Below, one piece after another: positions 50,109 through 62,390 of a DNA stretch of 64,000 nt. Numbering within the stretch: position 1 is the first letter of the stretch; each line of letters begins with the position of its first letter. Made by a program: the position numbers and the translations under genes. The stretch covers positions 124,001 to 188,000 of the forward strand of contig JBEWZL010000043.1 of NCBI GenBank assembly GCA_045837725.1. The letters run 5' to 3'. The notes beneath the pieces are model-generated. The model had not been told where the DNA came from. It did no database searches and saw nothing but the letters and a program-made list of their open reading frames with translations. The stretch is from Vermamoeba vermiformis. Lineage: Eukaryota.

Positions 50109-52136
50109 TCACATAGTACAAGCCATTAACTTACCGTTAAAAAAATAGTGCACATAATCCGGGTTTTGTTTCTTCACTTCGTTTTCTGAGAGATTCATAA
50201 CGCGATCCACTCTGCCAACAGCGACGATTTTATGCGCCGCTGTTATCATGATTCTTCCGGGGTGCTTTTCAAATGCGCTAGACTTCAATTGTTCTATTTG
50301 AGCCTTGTCGATTGGGATCAAGATGACGCTCGCAATCTTGCTCAATTTAGGTTTGGGTGGTCTTTTGAAGTGCGTTTGGTGCTCTTTGCACCTCAGTAGA
50401 AACTCCTCTAATTCAGTCTCGCAAGCTTTCTCGTACCAAGCTGCATCTGCTGCTCTTCGCTCTCTTTTCAAAGCCGGTCTGTGGCTGATAATGTCCTTCG
50501 GATGAATTGTAGGTTTTTTCGGCTTTGTTCTTGGCACTCTGCATTTTCTGTCTACGGAATTCGGAGACTCATAGTCGGGAGTATTGTTCCACATCCAGTA
50601 CACGATGCATCGAACTCTTAATGGACCATAGAAAACAGTGTACGTTTGGTTCATAGTGAACAGATCTTCCTCAAAAATCGATATTTCAGCTCTAAACGCG
50701 TGAGTGACGCTCATTGTGTCTTCTTTGAACCACGGTGCACTGCCGTATTGTTTTAGATCCGTTGCAGTGACACCGAGTAACTGCAATGCAATGCGGTCTC
50801 CTTGAATTGCTACAAGTTAGAAGTGTCACAAGGTCAATATATTTTAATCGCTATTAAACGACAACGAGTGCTGCCCGAAGACTATGGATAATATTTGTAC
50901 AAATAATAACTTACCAGGAGCAGCTTGAGTGATGTCCGTAGCTGCTCGCTGCATGTGCAGTATCTTGGCCTTGCGTTGGTAACAGTAAATCAAATCTCCC
51001 TTAGTCACCGTACCACCTGAAACAAAAGAGGTATTAGATCCAGTGTCCAATAAAAAAACAGTAAATTAATTATTAAAAGTTGCTTAGCGCACACGCTCGA
51101 CTTACGCACTACGCGCCCTTCCAATATTTTCGAGCCGTTGTAGGTGCTTACAGCATAGGGTTCAAATTCAAAAGGCTGATCGGCGAGTTTGCGATACTGC
51201 TCTTCGTCAAAATGCGTTCTTTCCTGATCGTTGTGCATTATTGTCGCTAATGGCCGTCCTTCAAACCACGGAAATTTCGCGTCTTCTCTCTCAATAATGT
51301 TGGTTCCTTTGACCACATCCACCGGAATTATTTGTACCGGCATTGCTCTCACGCGCCTTCGCAATGATTTTATAATAGTGAGCACCTTGAGCTTGGCTGC
51401 ATTAAAAACTACAAAGAATGAAAAGTATCAGTTCGTGGCTGTCATCGTAAATTTTTCTTACCTTTTTGAGGGTTCGAGTTTTGAACGTGTTTTGACATAT
51501 TCACTGCTATTATAATGTTTCCAGGGCCCATCATTAGATAAGTGCCGAGGGCTATTATCTTAATGTCATCTTTTTCTGCGTCGATTTCATCGGGGTCCAC
51601 AACCAGCACGCATAGATCCGACTGGGACAAAATAAGTAAAATGAAAAAATATAAATATAACTAAAGCTTACGCTGTAAGCTTTCATCCATAACATTTTTC
51701 GATGCCACTTAATGCCAGTAGCAGTAATTACCGATATCTTTGGCTGTTTGTCGCCTCGTTTTTTTCCATCGAAATGAATCGTCTTTCCCAAGTACTCCAT
51801 GTACCAAGTCTCATATTTCTTTAAGTTCGCGTGATTTTCGGCCGATTCATTCGTCGATAGTGCAAGAGACATCATGTGAACGCCTAGTAAATTGTTAGGT
51901 ATGAAACTAAGATCGGATCTAAAAACGTACGCGGAATTTGTTTTACAACCTGAGGCTCTATAACGACATCTACTTCGTCTAAATTGTGAATATCGTCAAT
52001 ATAATACTATTATAGCAATAATCTTCTTACCGTGTTCAGAGCACGGAGCAACGAGCAACACGCGCAAGTTGTCGGCAACTAAACGGATCTTTTTAGGGAT
52101 GCAACTAATATCATAATATTCCATTAAACTAGTCAT
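50109..52136 (-). CDS. Highly divergent EF1A/HBS1/eRF3-like protein with degenerate G motifs
   Basis: SDLCVLVVD, IIIAVNM, IIPVDVVKGTNI, PWFEG, LEGRV..GTVTKGD, AAPG.D and AVGRV occur in EF1A order. The start is uncertain. Confidence 0.6.
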
Positions 52137-52265
52137 GCGCTTATTAACGATTGCTAAAGGTATATGTGCCGCACTTGGCGCGAACGATATAATTTTCAAA
52201 AGGGTTAAATAGTCCTTAGAAATATTTAAATCACGTTATTATATTTATTTGTTTTTTTATGACAG

Positions 52266-54219
52266 GATGACCCGCACAGATGGCTGACAGTTCTTTTGGA
52301 GAGTTTGGATGACGGATTCCTAGAGACGTTTTATTTTTAAAATTAAATAATTGGCCAAACAACGCGTATCTTGTTTTCTGCATTAGATCTGATATAAACT
52401 CTAAATAAAGGCAGTTTATATTCATTTTCTGGCTATTCAACGGTCTTGAAGGCGAGGATGAACTACACCGAAACGGAACTCAACACAGTTAGCGCAATTG
52501 GAGACATGGGCTTGTGAGTATTAATACCAATAGGAACATGTCACGTGTTCCTCAAATCAATCCGTTTATCGTTACTAAACTTCTCCCGCGATCTGATCTC
52601 ATTTCTTTCAGGTACATTGGAGCGTTACCTGTTGGATTTTTGTATGATAGATTTGGTCCGCGAATTGCTTTCGTTGGTGCCATTACGTTTATCTGGTGTA
52701 GGTTTCTATTGTAGTCGGATTTTGTCTTCAGATCTAAAAGTCTTGTTTATGTAGTGGGCTACTTCCTGATGTACCAAGCGACGAGCTATAACATTGCCGG
52801 ATCAGCCGTGCTAATGGGTGTTTACTTTTTCTTTGCTGGTGAGTATTGGAGTGAAGTCGAAAACAGTTTTCCAAGCTAACCGGATTCAGGTTCTGGAAGT
52901 ATTTTTGGCTTCAACGGTGCACTAGTTACGAATATAAAGAACTTTCCGATGAAACACAAAGGCAAAGTACGTACTCCAGTTCCTTTGTTACCGCCTCACT
53001 AACAGTTCGATCGCAGATCAGCGGCGCTTTGTACGGAGGCTTTGGTTTGAGCGCTGCTTTAGTCACGCAAATGTTCAAAATGTTTTTTTACGATGCAAGC
53101 ACCACCCAATACAACATTGAAGGATTCTTTTTGACGCTGAGCTTTTTGTTATCCGGTCTCGCAATTGTCGGTCTCATTTTCGTCCAAAAAGTACGTCGTC
53201 CTTTGTAATGTTATTATAATGTCTAATGCCTCTCGTAAGGTCAATATGTCTGCTGAGACTAAGCCGTTATTGAGCCATGAAGAAGAAAATGCCGAGAAGA
53301 CCGAGCAACCTGTCGCTGAAAAGAAAGAACACGTAGGAATTTACGGTGCCTTCGGATTAGCTCGATTATGGCGCCACAGTGCTTTCATCGTACTGTTTTT
53401 GGCCTTCATTCTCGCTGCTGGTGTAAGTACTCGAGATCCAAACCTGGAATAACTAGTTCTAAATTTATGTTTAGGCCGGCCTGACCTTTATTAATATTCT
53501 CGGTGGTGTCATCAAGTCGTGGAAGGTCACTGAACTCGATTCAACCAAGTTCGTCATTATTCTTTCGCTGTCAAACTTTGCTGGCAGAGTTTTGGCCGGA
53601 AATTTGATTGACGTGCTGTAAGTACTTTATTAAGACCCTTTTGAGTAGTTCACGAATAATACTGACCAACGAATTCCAGTCAGAAATTTATGCCAGCCGG
53701 CGCTGTGTTGATTTTCCCCGCAGCTTTGATGGCAGTCAGTCACACGTTGCTAGCTCTTTTCCCTTCATTCGCAGTATTGCTCGTCGGTACCATCGGTAGC
53801 ACCGTAGCCTACGGAGGTGAGACCGACAAGTATATATCATTCAAAGTCATCGTACTAACGCAATTTCGTAGCATTCTGGGCTGGCTTCAACTATCTCTTG
53901 AGCGCGTATTTTGGTGACAAATACCTCGGTCAAAATCTCGGCGCTATTGCACTCGGTGCTGTACGTAACAAGATAATTAGAGCGATATGTTCTTATTTAG
54001 ACATAGGGAGGTTCATCTTTGATCTTGAACGTCATTGCCGGTCGCATCTATGACGCTAACACAACACCCGGCGAAGGGGAGTCTCATCAATGCTACGGCG
54101 ATATGTGCTACAGATACACTTTCTTCATTACTGCGGCCATGTCGATTGTCGCTACTGTGCTCGTGATTGGCATGGCAATTCAAGAAGGAAGACGAAAAAA
54201 ATACCTTCGTGTGAATTAG
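52266..54219 (+). CDS. Nodulin-like/Mch1-type MFS transporter; 5' end unresolved
   Basis: HRWLTVLL...GSLYSFSGYSTVLK...LNTVSAIG, GFLYDRFGPR, NIKNFPMKHKGK, SNFAGRVLAG, AGRIYD and CYGDMCYRYTF. Confidence 0.82.
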
Positions 54220-54273
54220 TAAATTGAAGTTTATTCTATAGTACAAGTTATTTCGCGAGTATTTTGTTTACAT

Positions 54274-57200
54274 CTATCGTCTGGCTACAGGGACATCCAG
54301 TGAGATTGGAGCAGCAACTGGAACGTCGACAGGGACTGTCACTGTGACGGGAACATCAACAGGAGCGCTGGTTTGGGTGACTGGTGCATCAACTGGGACT
54401 TGAGTGGCCACGGGGACGGTGACGGGAACGTCAACAGGAGCGCTGGTTTGAGTGACTGGAACGTCAACAGGAGCGCTGGTTTGAGTGACTGGAATGTCAA
54501 CAGGGACTGTCACTGTGACAGGAACATCAACAGGAGCGCTGGTTTGAGTGACTGGTGCATCGACTGGGACTTGAGTAGCTACGGGGACAGTGACGGGAAC
54601 ATCAACAGGAGCGCTGGCTTGAGTGACTGGAGCGTCAACAGGAGCGCTAGCTTGAGCGATTGGTGCATCAACCGGGACTTGAGTAGCTACGGGGACGGTG
54701 ACAGGAACGTCAACAGGAGCGCTGGTTTGAGTGACTGGAGCGTCAACAGGAGGGGGAATATCGGAGCGTAGCTTGGGTGATCGGTGCGTCAACTGGGACT
54801 TGAGTGGCCACGGGGACGGTGACAGGAACGTCAACAGGAGCGCTGGCTTGATTGACTGGAGCATCTACAGGAACTTGAGTAGCTACGGGGACGGTGACGG
54901 GAACATCAACAGGAGCGCTGGCTTGAGTGACTGGAACGTCAACAGGGACTGTCACTGTGACAGGAACATCAACAGGAGCGCTGGCTTGATTGACTGGAGC
55001 GTCAACTGGGACTTGAGTAGCTACCGGTTCAGAGACTGGAGCTGTGACAGGGACTTGAACAGTTACAGGAGGTGTCACGGGTACATCTACTGGAGCTGAG
55101 ACAGGAGCAGTAACAGGCACTGCGACGGGGTCAGCAACAGGCGCGGAGACTGGAATAGCAACAGGAGTTTGAACAGGCTCTGCAACAGGAACAGTGACAG
55201 GGACGTCAACTGGAGCTGCAACAGGGACAGCGACTGGTATCGAGACGGGTTCAGCAACAGGGGCGGCGACTGGGGGTGTCACAGGGACAGCGACAGGTAC
55301 GTCAACTGGCGCGGCTACAGGTACTGCAACAGGTGTGGCAACAGGAGCTGCAACTGGAACGGCTACTGGCACGCTAACGGGAACTGCAACTGGGACAGTG
55401 ACAGGAACGTCGACTGGTGCAGCTACGGGTACTGCAACGGGTGTGGCCACAGGAACTGCAACAGGTACAGTGACTGGAGCTTGAACGGGTGCTGCAACTG
55501 GGACAGTGACAGGAGGTGTCACAGGGACAGCAAGGGGGGCGACTGGGGGTGTAAGGGAAGACAGGTACGTCGACTGGGGCAGCTACGGGTACTGCAACAG
55601 GTGTGGCGACAGGAGCTGCAACTGGAACGGCTACTGGCACGTTAACTGGAGCTGCGACAGGAGTTGCAACAGGGGCCGCTACTGGCACTGCAACAGGTGT
55701 GGCGACAGGTGTGGCCACAGGAGTAGCAACGGGGGTTGCTACGGGTACTGCAACAGGTGTGGCGACAGGAGCTGCAACTGGAACGGCTACTGGCACGCTA
55801 ACTGGAACTGCAACAGGGACGGCGACAGGAGGAGTGACTGGAGCTGCCACAGGGACAGGTGGAGTCTGGCAGGCAAGAGGCACGCTCGATTGACTCCACA
55901 AAGTAGGAGTGTTGGCGCTGTTCTTCACAACAGTGATGACGACTCTATCACTCAAGTAGCAAGGAGCTACGGTCCACAAAGCGGGACTCAAGATGCTTGA
56001 AATAGATGTGAATCTTCCTGACAGACCATTGGCGGTAGAAGCGCGGATCGGAGAGAACCAGCTGAGATCTGGTTGAGTTTGTGCCGTGGATAACGAGTTC
56101 AGCGTCAAAGTTCCATTCAAAGCGAGTGCTAGAAAAGTGCAACGTGAGAACGGAATATTGCAGAAATAAACAATTGCGGGAATATCTTTTCATCTAAACG
56201 TCACTTACTTGAAAACGTCAACACATCATATCTTCCCGATCCGTCCGCAAGTGAATACTCAAAGTCGATCACAGTGTTACCAGCACTAGTTTGAGTGTAA
56301 GAGAAGGTGCGGGTGAAGTTAGCGACAGATCCGCGCACACCGAAGTACGCAGTTCCGCGGTTAACAAAGGAAGAGAGGACGGATACACCAGTGGCCGTGG
56401 CAGGGAAGGTCAATGAAGCACTTTCAGCAACAACCATCGTCGTAACGGTGGTGCTTGCGGTGGTAGAGACAGTGTAGTCACCAGAGGCGAATTGAAGAGT
56501 GCCGTTGCCACCGACAGGCGCGGAAAAGGTGTTGGATCCAGAGGCAACAAGACGCACGGTCGACAGGGGGCCCATGGTTGCACCGGTGAAAGTGGCACCT
56601 TAGTAAATTTAAATTAGTATTACTAAAGATAGTAAGCTCAGTGATGCAGAATCCAAATTTGATAAGTTGACAGGTGCAAAATTTCTGCGTGAATCGTGTG
56701 TTCCTCCGAAATTTCAATAAAAAAGGAAAAAACACACAAACACGCGCACCGATTAATTAAATGATTAGAGGCTTTATATGATAAAGATGCTTTGCCACAA
56801 CTAAGTGTAAGAGAAGTGCGACTCTCAGCCGAGTTCGGGCAAGAGAATCAATAAATAACTATCTAGGGTGAAGATCTGGTTATACCTGCAACCGTCACCG
56901 TGGCGTTAATCAAGTTGAAACTACCGGGGCCAGTTTGTTTGTCGAAAGAAAAGTTGCCATTGCGGAGGGTCAGCACGAACGTCGAGTTGCTAACACCCAA
57001 TTGGATGCTAGAGAAGGTCGCGGTACCAGGAACGAATTGTCTGTTCCAAGTCCAGCCGGTCGCACGGTCTAAAAATAAAACGGATTGTTAGAACGGCCGT
57101 TTTCGTTTAACGATAAAAATTGAATCCGAATCTGAATTCCATTTCATTTCCGGCAATAACTATTGACGTACCAGTCAAGATAGCGCTGACATTGTTGAAA

Positions 57201-58700
57201 GTACCAGTGGTGAGGTAAGTAACGCCGGAAGTGTTGCCAAAGAAGAACATGTTGTTGAAAGTACCGGCAAGGGTCAGAGTGTTGCCCGAGGTCGCAGTAA
57301 GGTAGGTCAAGTTGCCGTAGCCATTGGGATTACCTTCGACGGTAGCGGAGCCGTTAATCTGCCAATTACCTTCAATCTGGAGGTTGGCTGAAACAGAACA
57401 GGTTAGATCCGAAACCTTAATTGCAATTAAATCCACTTACAGTTGTTGAGGCAAACATATCCGTTAATAGTATTAGGGCCAGAAACGGGTTTCAGATCGT
57501 TAATCATCCAAGGGGATTGAATGTCGACGTAACTGCTGCTGTGCCAAGTCATCTTGATGGTAGATGTGGTCGTTTGCAAAACGGTTCTGGTGCTGTAGTC
57601 ACCTCTCTTGATGAAGTTACCGTAGATGTTGAAAATAGGCTCGTAACCAGACCAGCTACCAAGTTCCATGAAGGACAAGGGATACTGGTCAGTCCAGTAG
57701 TTGATCTGGCCGTTGTTTTGGGACAAGGTAATGTTGCCACGCATGTTTCTGAAAGCAATGCGGCGACTCCAAAGGTTGATGCGCTGAGCTTCAATGCCAG
57801 TGTAGGTCTTCATGATGACGGTACCAGGGCAAGTAATTGTTTCGAACGACTTCGGATTGAAAGGAGGAGTATTCAAAGCGCGAATCTCGAAGGTTGCAGT
57901 GTCGGTACTGTAGCAAGCAGATGCCTTGAAGTCGGTGGTACTGAAGAAGTACAAGCCACCAGAGTAGATCGAAAGGGAGGCGCTTCCTTCAACCGCAAGC
58001 TTGAAGCAACTTTCGGAGTAATAACCACTTCCCTGATAGACGTAGAAGCCAGGCCACACTATGTTTTGGTTGACTTGAACGGTAATGTTCTCGTAGTTTA
58101 TGCCGCAGTACCAGGTTCGGATTTGGTCCAAAGTTTCGTCAGTGTAGTTCTGAGGATAGGGTCCAGTGCAACTAATGAATTACTCTGTCAGTAATATAGC
58201 CCATAGACACTAATCATGATAGGATTATATAAGATAATTGCCCTCTCTATTGAATTGCGGAGCGTAAAAATACAAGGTGATTGTTTTGACACATCGGCTG
58301 ATCAAATCCAACATGGTTTTTGAATCAGCATCAATTTAATTGGTCAGTACCGGTGTATTATTGTATCGAATAATCAACTTCATGTTTCGGTTGTCAACCG
58401 GAAAGGGCACCAACGATTAATTAAAATCCAATTTATAATCACTTACGCAATGTTGCCGTTGTTATCTCTTGACATGCACTGCCAGTTGTTTAAATTAAAA
58501 TTGTCAGTGTTGTAGCCAGTAAATCTAATCAGAGTAGTTAGTATCTCAAATTATTTCAGTTTTCTAACGCGCTTCGAATCGCGTCACTGGACTCACCTCC
58601 AAATACTGAGTTGAAGGTTCGGGTTGGGGATTCCTGTGCCTTGGGTATTGATAGCCGAAAAGCAACACGCTAATACTGCAATAATGATGATAGCACGCAT
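54274..58700 (-). CDS. Large secreted protein: beta-rich Thr/Gly/Asn ectodomain plus about 500 aa Pro-Val repeat stalk; two frame breaks inside the repeat
   Basis: Signal MRAIIIIAVLACCFSA; exons rich in T/G/N/S beta-type periodicity; PVxx repeats in three successive frames. Confidence 0.7.
54290..55865 (-). repeat. Coding tandem repeat: PV(A/T/S/D)x tetrapeptides, then longer VPVATQVPVDAPVTQ(A/T)SAPVD units
   Basis: 12-bp periodicity and longer near-identical blocks are visible in both the DNA and the translations. Confidence 0.95.
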
Positions 58701-59036
58701 CTTCGATGTGGTTGGTTAATAATATACAAAGGGCGGGTATCGAAGAGCCTAATGAAGTTGTGCTAATGCAAAAGAGAACGGCAGTAAAAGGTAATTACTC
58801 CGTCGTGTTATTCAATAGATAAAATGTTTCTGGGATTGCGTCATGAATATAATTTTTTTTGTGGTTTGTCCTCATGTCAAAAACGTCACAAAAAAAACTA
58901 GCGAATAAAAATAATTGGGGTACAATACTGATATTTCCGCTTATTTTCTGCCTTGCGTGACGATCAAGAAAGGTACTGTGTGCGATTCCGATAACATATT
59001 ATGCAATTCTTCGTTTGTTAATGTGGCAAGTCTTTA

Positions 59037-62000
59037 TTACAGTTCTTGTCGTTGCACCAATTGCTTAAACATGCCGTTCTTTGCCATGAGTTCATCGTAC
59101 GTGCCTGCGCATTAAAAATTAAATTAGTCTGCTGATTTGCCTCAAATAGTCCGAGGCCACAGTTGTTGCGGAGACAAACCTCCGAGACATTGGGCTCCGC
59201 AGACGCTTACCAATCTCGGCAACGCCTCCTTTATGAAGCACGGCAATAGCATCGGCGTTTTTGATGGTACTTAATCGGTGCGCAATCACAAGCACAGTAC
59301 GACCGTGCATCAATCGCTCGAGGGCCTGTTGTACGTAGTACTCGCTCTCAACATCCAGTGCCGAAGTAGCCTATTAATAGGAGGATATATAAGTACATGA
59401 GAATTCAAGGTTTTTACCTTCGAGTAAAAAATGTGCGGTGAGATCCAAGAAGGGTAAATTGGAGAATCGCGAGACGTCAATCAAAAATTGTACTCGTAAT
59501 CTTTTAATTTTTATCCTTTACCAACTGGCAACTCATATGAATGGCTTACCTCGTCCAATAACAAGATTTTCGGGTTTCGAAGCACTGCACGTGCAATGGC
59601 GATTCTTTGTTTCTGGCCTCCCGACAAAGTCACGCCGCGCTCGCCAACCTCTGTCTCGTAGCCTTTTGAAAAAGACATAATAAAGTCGTGGGCGTTCGCC
59701 TAACAATGCAAATTAAAATCGTTGCCTACCGAAGAACCGGATGTTCTTACCTGCTTGGCCGCTTCTTGGATCTGCTCGGCGGTGGCACCCGGAGTACCAT
59801 AGGCAATGTTCTCAGCGATAGAGCCCGAGAATAAGACGACGTCCTATTGAATTTGAGTAAGATTCTCTCGTGGGAAAAATTGCATGGGATTTTTGGTGCG
59901 TTTAATAAAAATTATCCTGAGCTGTTGTCATAAATTATATGACTTGCGGATGCTAAATTATGTGAACGTACCTGCGGGACAACTCCGATATATTGACGCA
60001 GGTATCCGGCGTCCAAATCGCGAAGCGAGACACCGTCAATGGTGACCTGACCTTCTTGCGGATCGTACAAACGAGATACCAGGCCAGCGACGGTGCTCTG
60101 TGTCTCGCGTTAGTTGTTGCGTTAATGGGTATATATTGATTACCTTTCCGCTACCGCTAGAACCAACTACAGCCAGAATTTTGCCTGGTTGCAAACTGGA
60201 TTCAATTCGGTTAGAAACGATAAATTGAACTCGAAATTTATCCGTGCCTCAAATTCAAATTCTTCAAAATGGTTTCATCAGGTCGCGAGGGATAGGAGAA
60301 GGTGACGTCTTTGAATTCAATAAGTCCTTGGATGTGCTCGGGTTTTATCGTTCCGCTTTGCGTACTATCCGGCTCTCTGTAGATGACATTAATTTGGCGT
60401 ATATATAATCATTTATATGTTAGACAGACCTATCAAGCAATTCAAACACTCTTTGACTTGATCCAAGCGCACGCATGAACTCGGAGTAAAAGCTAGATAC
60501 TCCACTGAATGCGAAACTGAAGCACAAGTTACTAATTATATATGCAAGGCTTAGAGCTTACCCAACGTAAAGACTGTACAGGAGGAAGGAAGTTAGGGCA
60601 CCAGGAGTCATTGAGCCCGCGAGCACCAAGGTGCTGCCGTGATACAACACCGCCAAGAGCGCACAGTTCATTAAGAACCAAATTGAGCCGAAGAAGGCTC
60701 CACTAGCAAATCCCACTCGCTTGGCTAGTTCGTAGACCTGCAGAAGGGTTAGTTACCTTTTCTCAATGGACGACAGATCGACACTTACGGCATTGATTTT
60801 CTCGCCATAATGACTAACTTCACGTTGTTCCTAGAGTTTTTGTTAGAGAATGAACGGTTAAAGGTTTAACTTACTTGAGAGAAGTATCTAACCGTTCTGA
60901 CCGCTGAGATCTTCTCTTCAGCGACGGATGTGGCACGTGCCAAGGCATCAGTTTGTCTACGAAACGTTTAGAGTTTGAAGTTCAAGCGTGTCACTTACTC
61001 TTTCGAAAGCTTGGACACCATACGACCGTACCAGAATGCACCGAAGAAGACGGGAGGAATGACCAGCAACATCGTCAAAGTGAGTTTGGGACTCAAATAT
61101 AACAATACTACACTAGCGTTAGTTTTAAATTGACATAGACACGCTCAGTATCATACCTCCCAATCCGCCAATGCCTTCTACTATTCGGCGCAGACCCTGT
61201 GCCATGTTGTCCACGAGAGTTCTGCCCATCATCGTCGTATCTGAGGACAATCGATTGACCAGCTCTCCCGTCTTGCGCAAATCAAAGAATGAAATGTCTT
61301 GTTTCATGATCTTAGCAAATACTGTCTTGCGTAAGTTCGCTACAATTCTTTCGCTCGCGATTGTCATAAGCTAAAGACAATTGGGTTAGCAAAGCCAAGC
61401 GACATGGCGTATACGTACATTAATTCTAATGAATGACGACAGGCCACCAATAGCAAAAATAGCAGCTAATGCCATGGTAATAGTGTTCAGACTGATCGCT
61501 GTACCCGCGGGATTAGCTATGATGTCGATAATCTACAACGATTAGTTAAGGCATCATTTACACTTCAGTCACGTACTCGTCCAATAGCTGCCGGGAATAG
61601 CAGTGTAGTGCCTGATGATACGGCCAAAGCTGCCAATGCACCGAGCATAAGCTTCATTTCGGCGCGGATCAGCATCAATAATCTTTTAGTATTCTCCCAT
61701 TTGTTAGTTACTTCTGTTGTGTCTTTTTTATCATTGGTTTTCTGAATTTCGTCATTATTTTCATTTTTCGCTGAGTTCGCAGGCACTGTAGCGCTCGATC
61801 TAATATCTGCGCCACTTGCACTCGCCAAAAATCGATTCTTTATCGTAAATAAGGATAACTTTGGGTTTAATATTGAATTATTCGAGCCTATTGAGAATAT
61901 TTTTGGTTTGGGATTGGGTGACAGACGTCTCGCGCTCACTGAACTCAAAGATCTAAAAAATAAAATTCAGAAATGCTCAAAAAAAATTTAACAAGTAAAT

Positions 62001-62243
62001 ATTTGTTTTAGACAAGTAGTTGAAAATACAAAAAATATTTGTGCTAATTAGGCAAATTTTCATACCTTGAAACGGGAAAAAGCGAAGATCCAGAGCTCGT
62101 CTTAGCTGCTATTGCTTTCGCAGTCAATGCTATAATGACAATTAAATATTATTATCATTTTCAATTTGGAAATTTGAGGTCTTACGCAAGAAAGCCTTCG
62201 ATCTGCCTCCCATTACTCCGATCCGTCTAATTTGAGCCAACAT
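59037..62243 (-). CDS. ABCB10: Mitochondrial ABC-B half transporter, ABCB10/Mdl1-like
   Basis: Targeting peptide; [80 protein letters not shown]. Confidence 0.92.
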
Positions 62244-62390
62244 TTCGTTAAAATTGAGGCATGCGGTGATATTTAGTGTTTATATTTACAAATTTTGAAG
62301 CTTAAAAAGAACAGAGCGTCCGGCGAAACTGTTTCCGTAATAATCCCGTTCCGAAACAACGGCGGATCCTGTACGTGTATTCTTCTGGGC

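Noticed and set aside
54373-56000. Plus-strand ORFs with TGVATGAATG or DWNVNRS repeats
   Set aside because: Antisense shadows of the Pro-Val coding repeat; no independent start or splice context.
57421-58194. 257-aa plus-strand ORF
   Set aside because: Antisense to a codon-biased exon of the secreted protein; no recognisable motifs.
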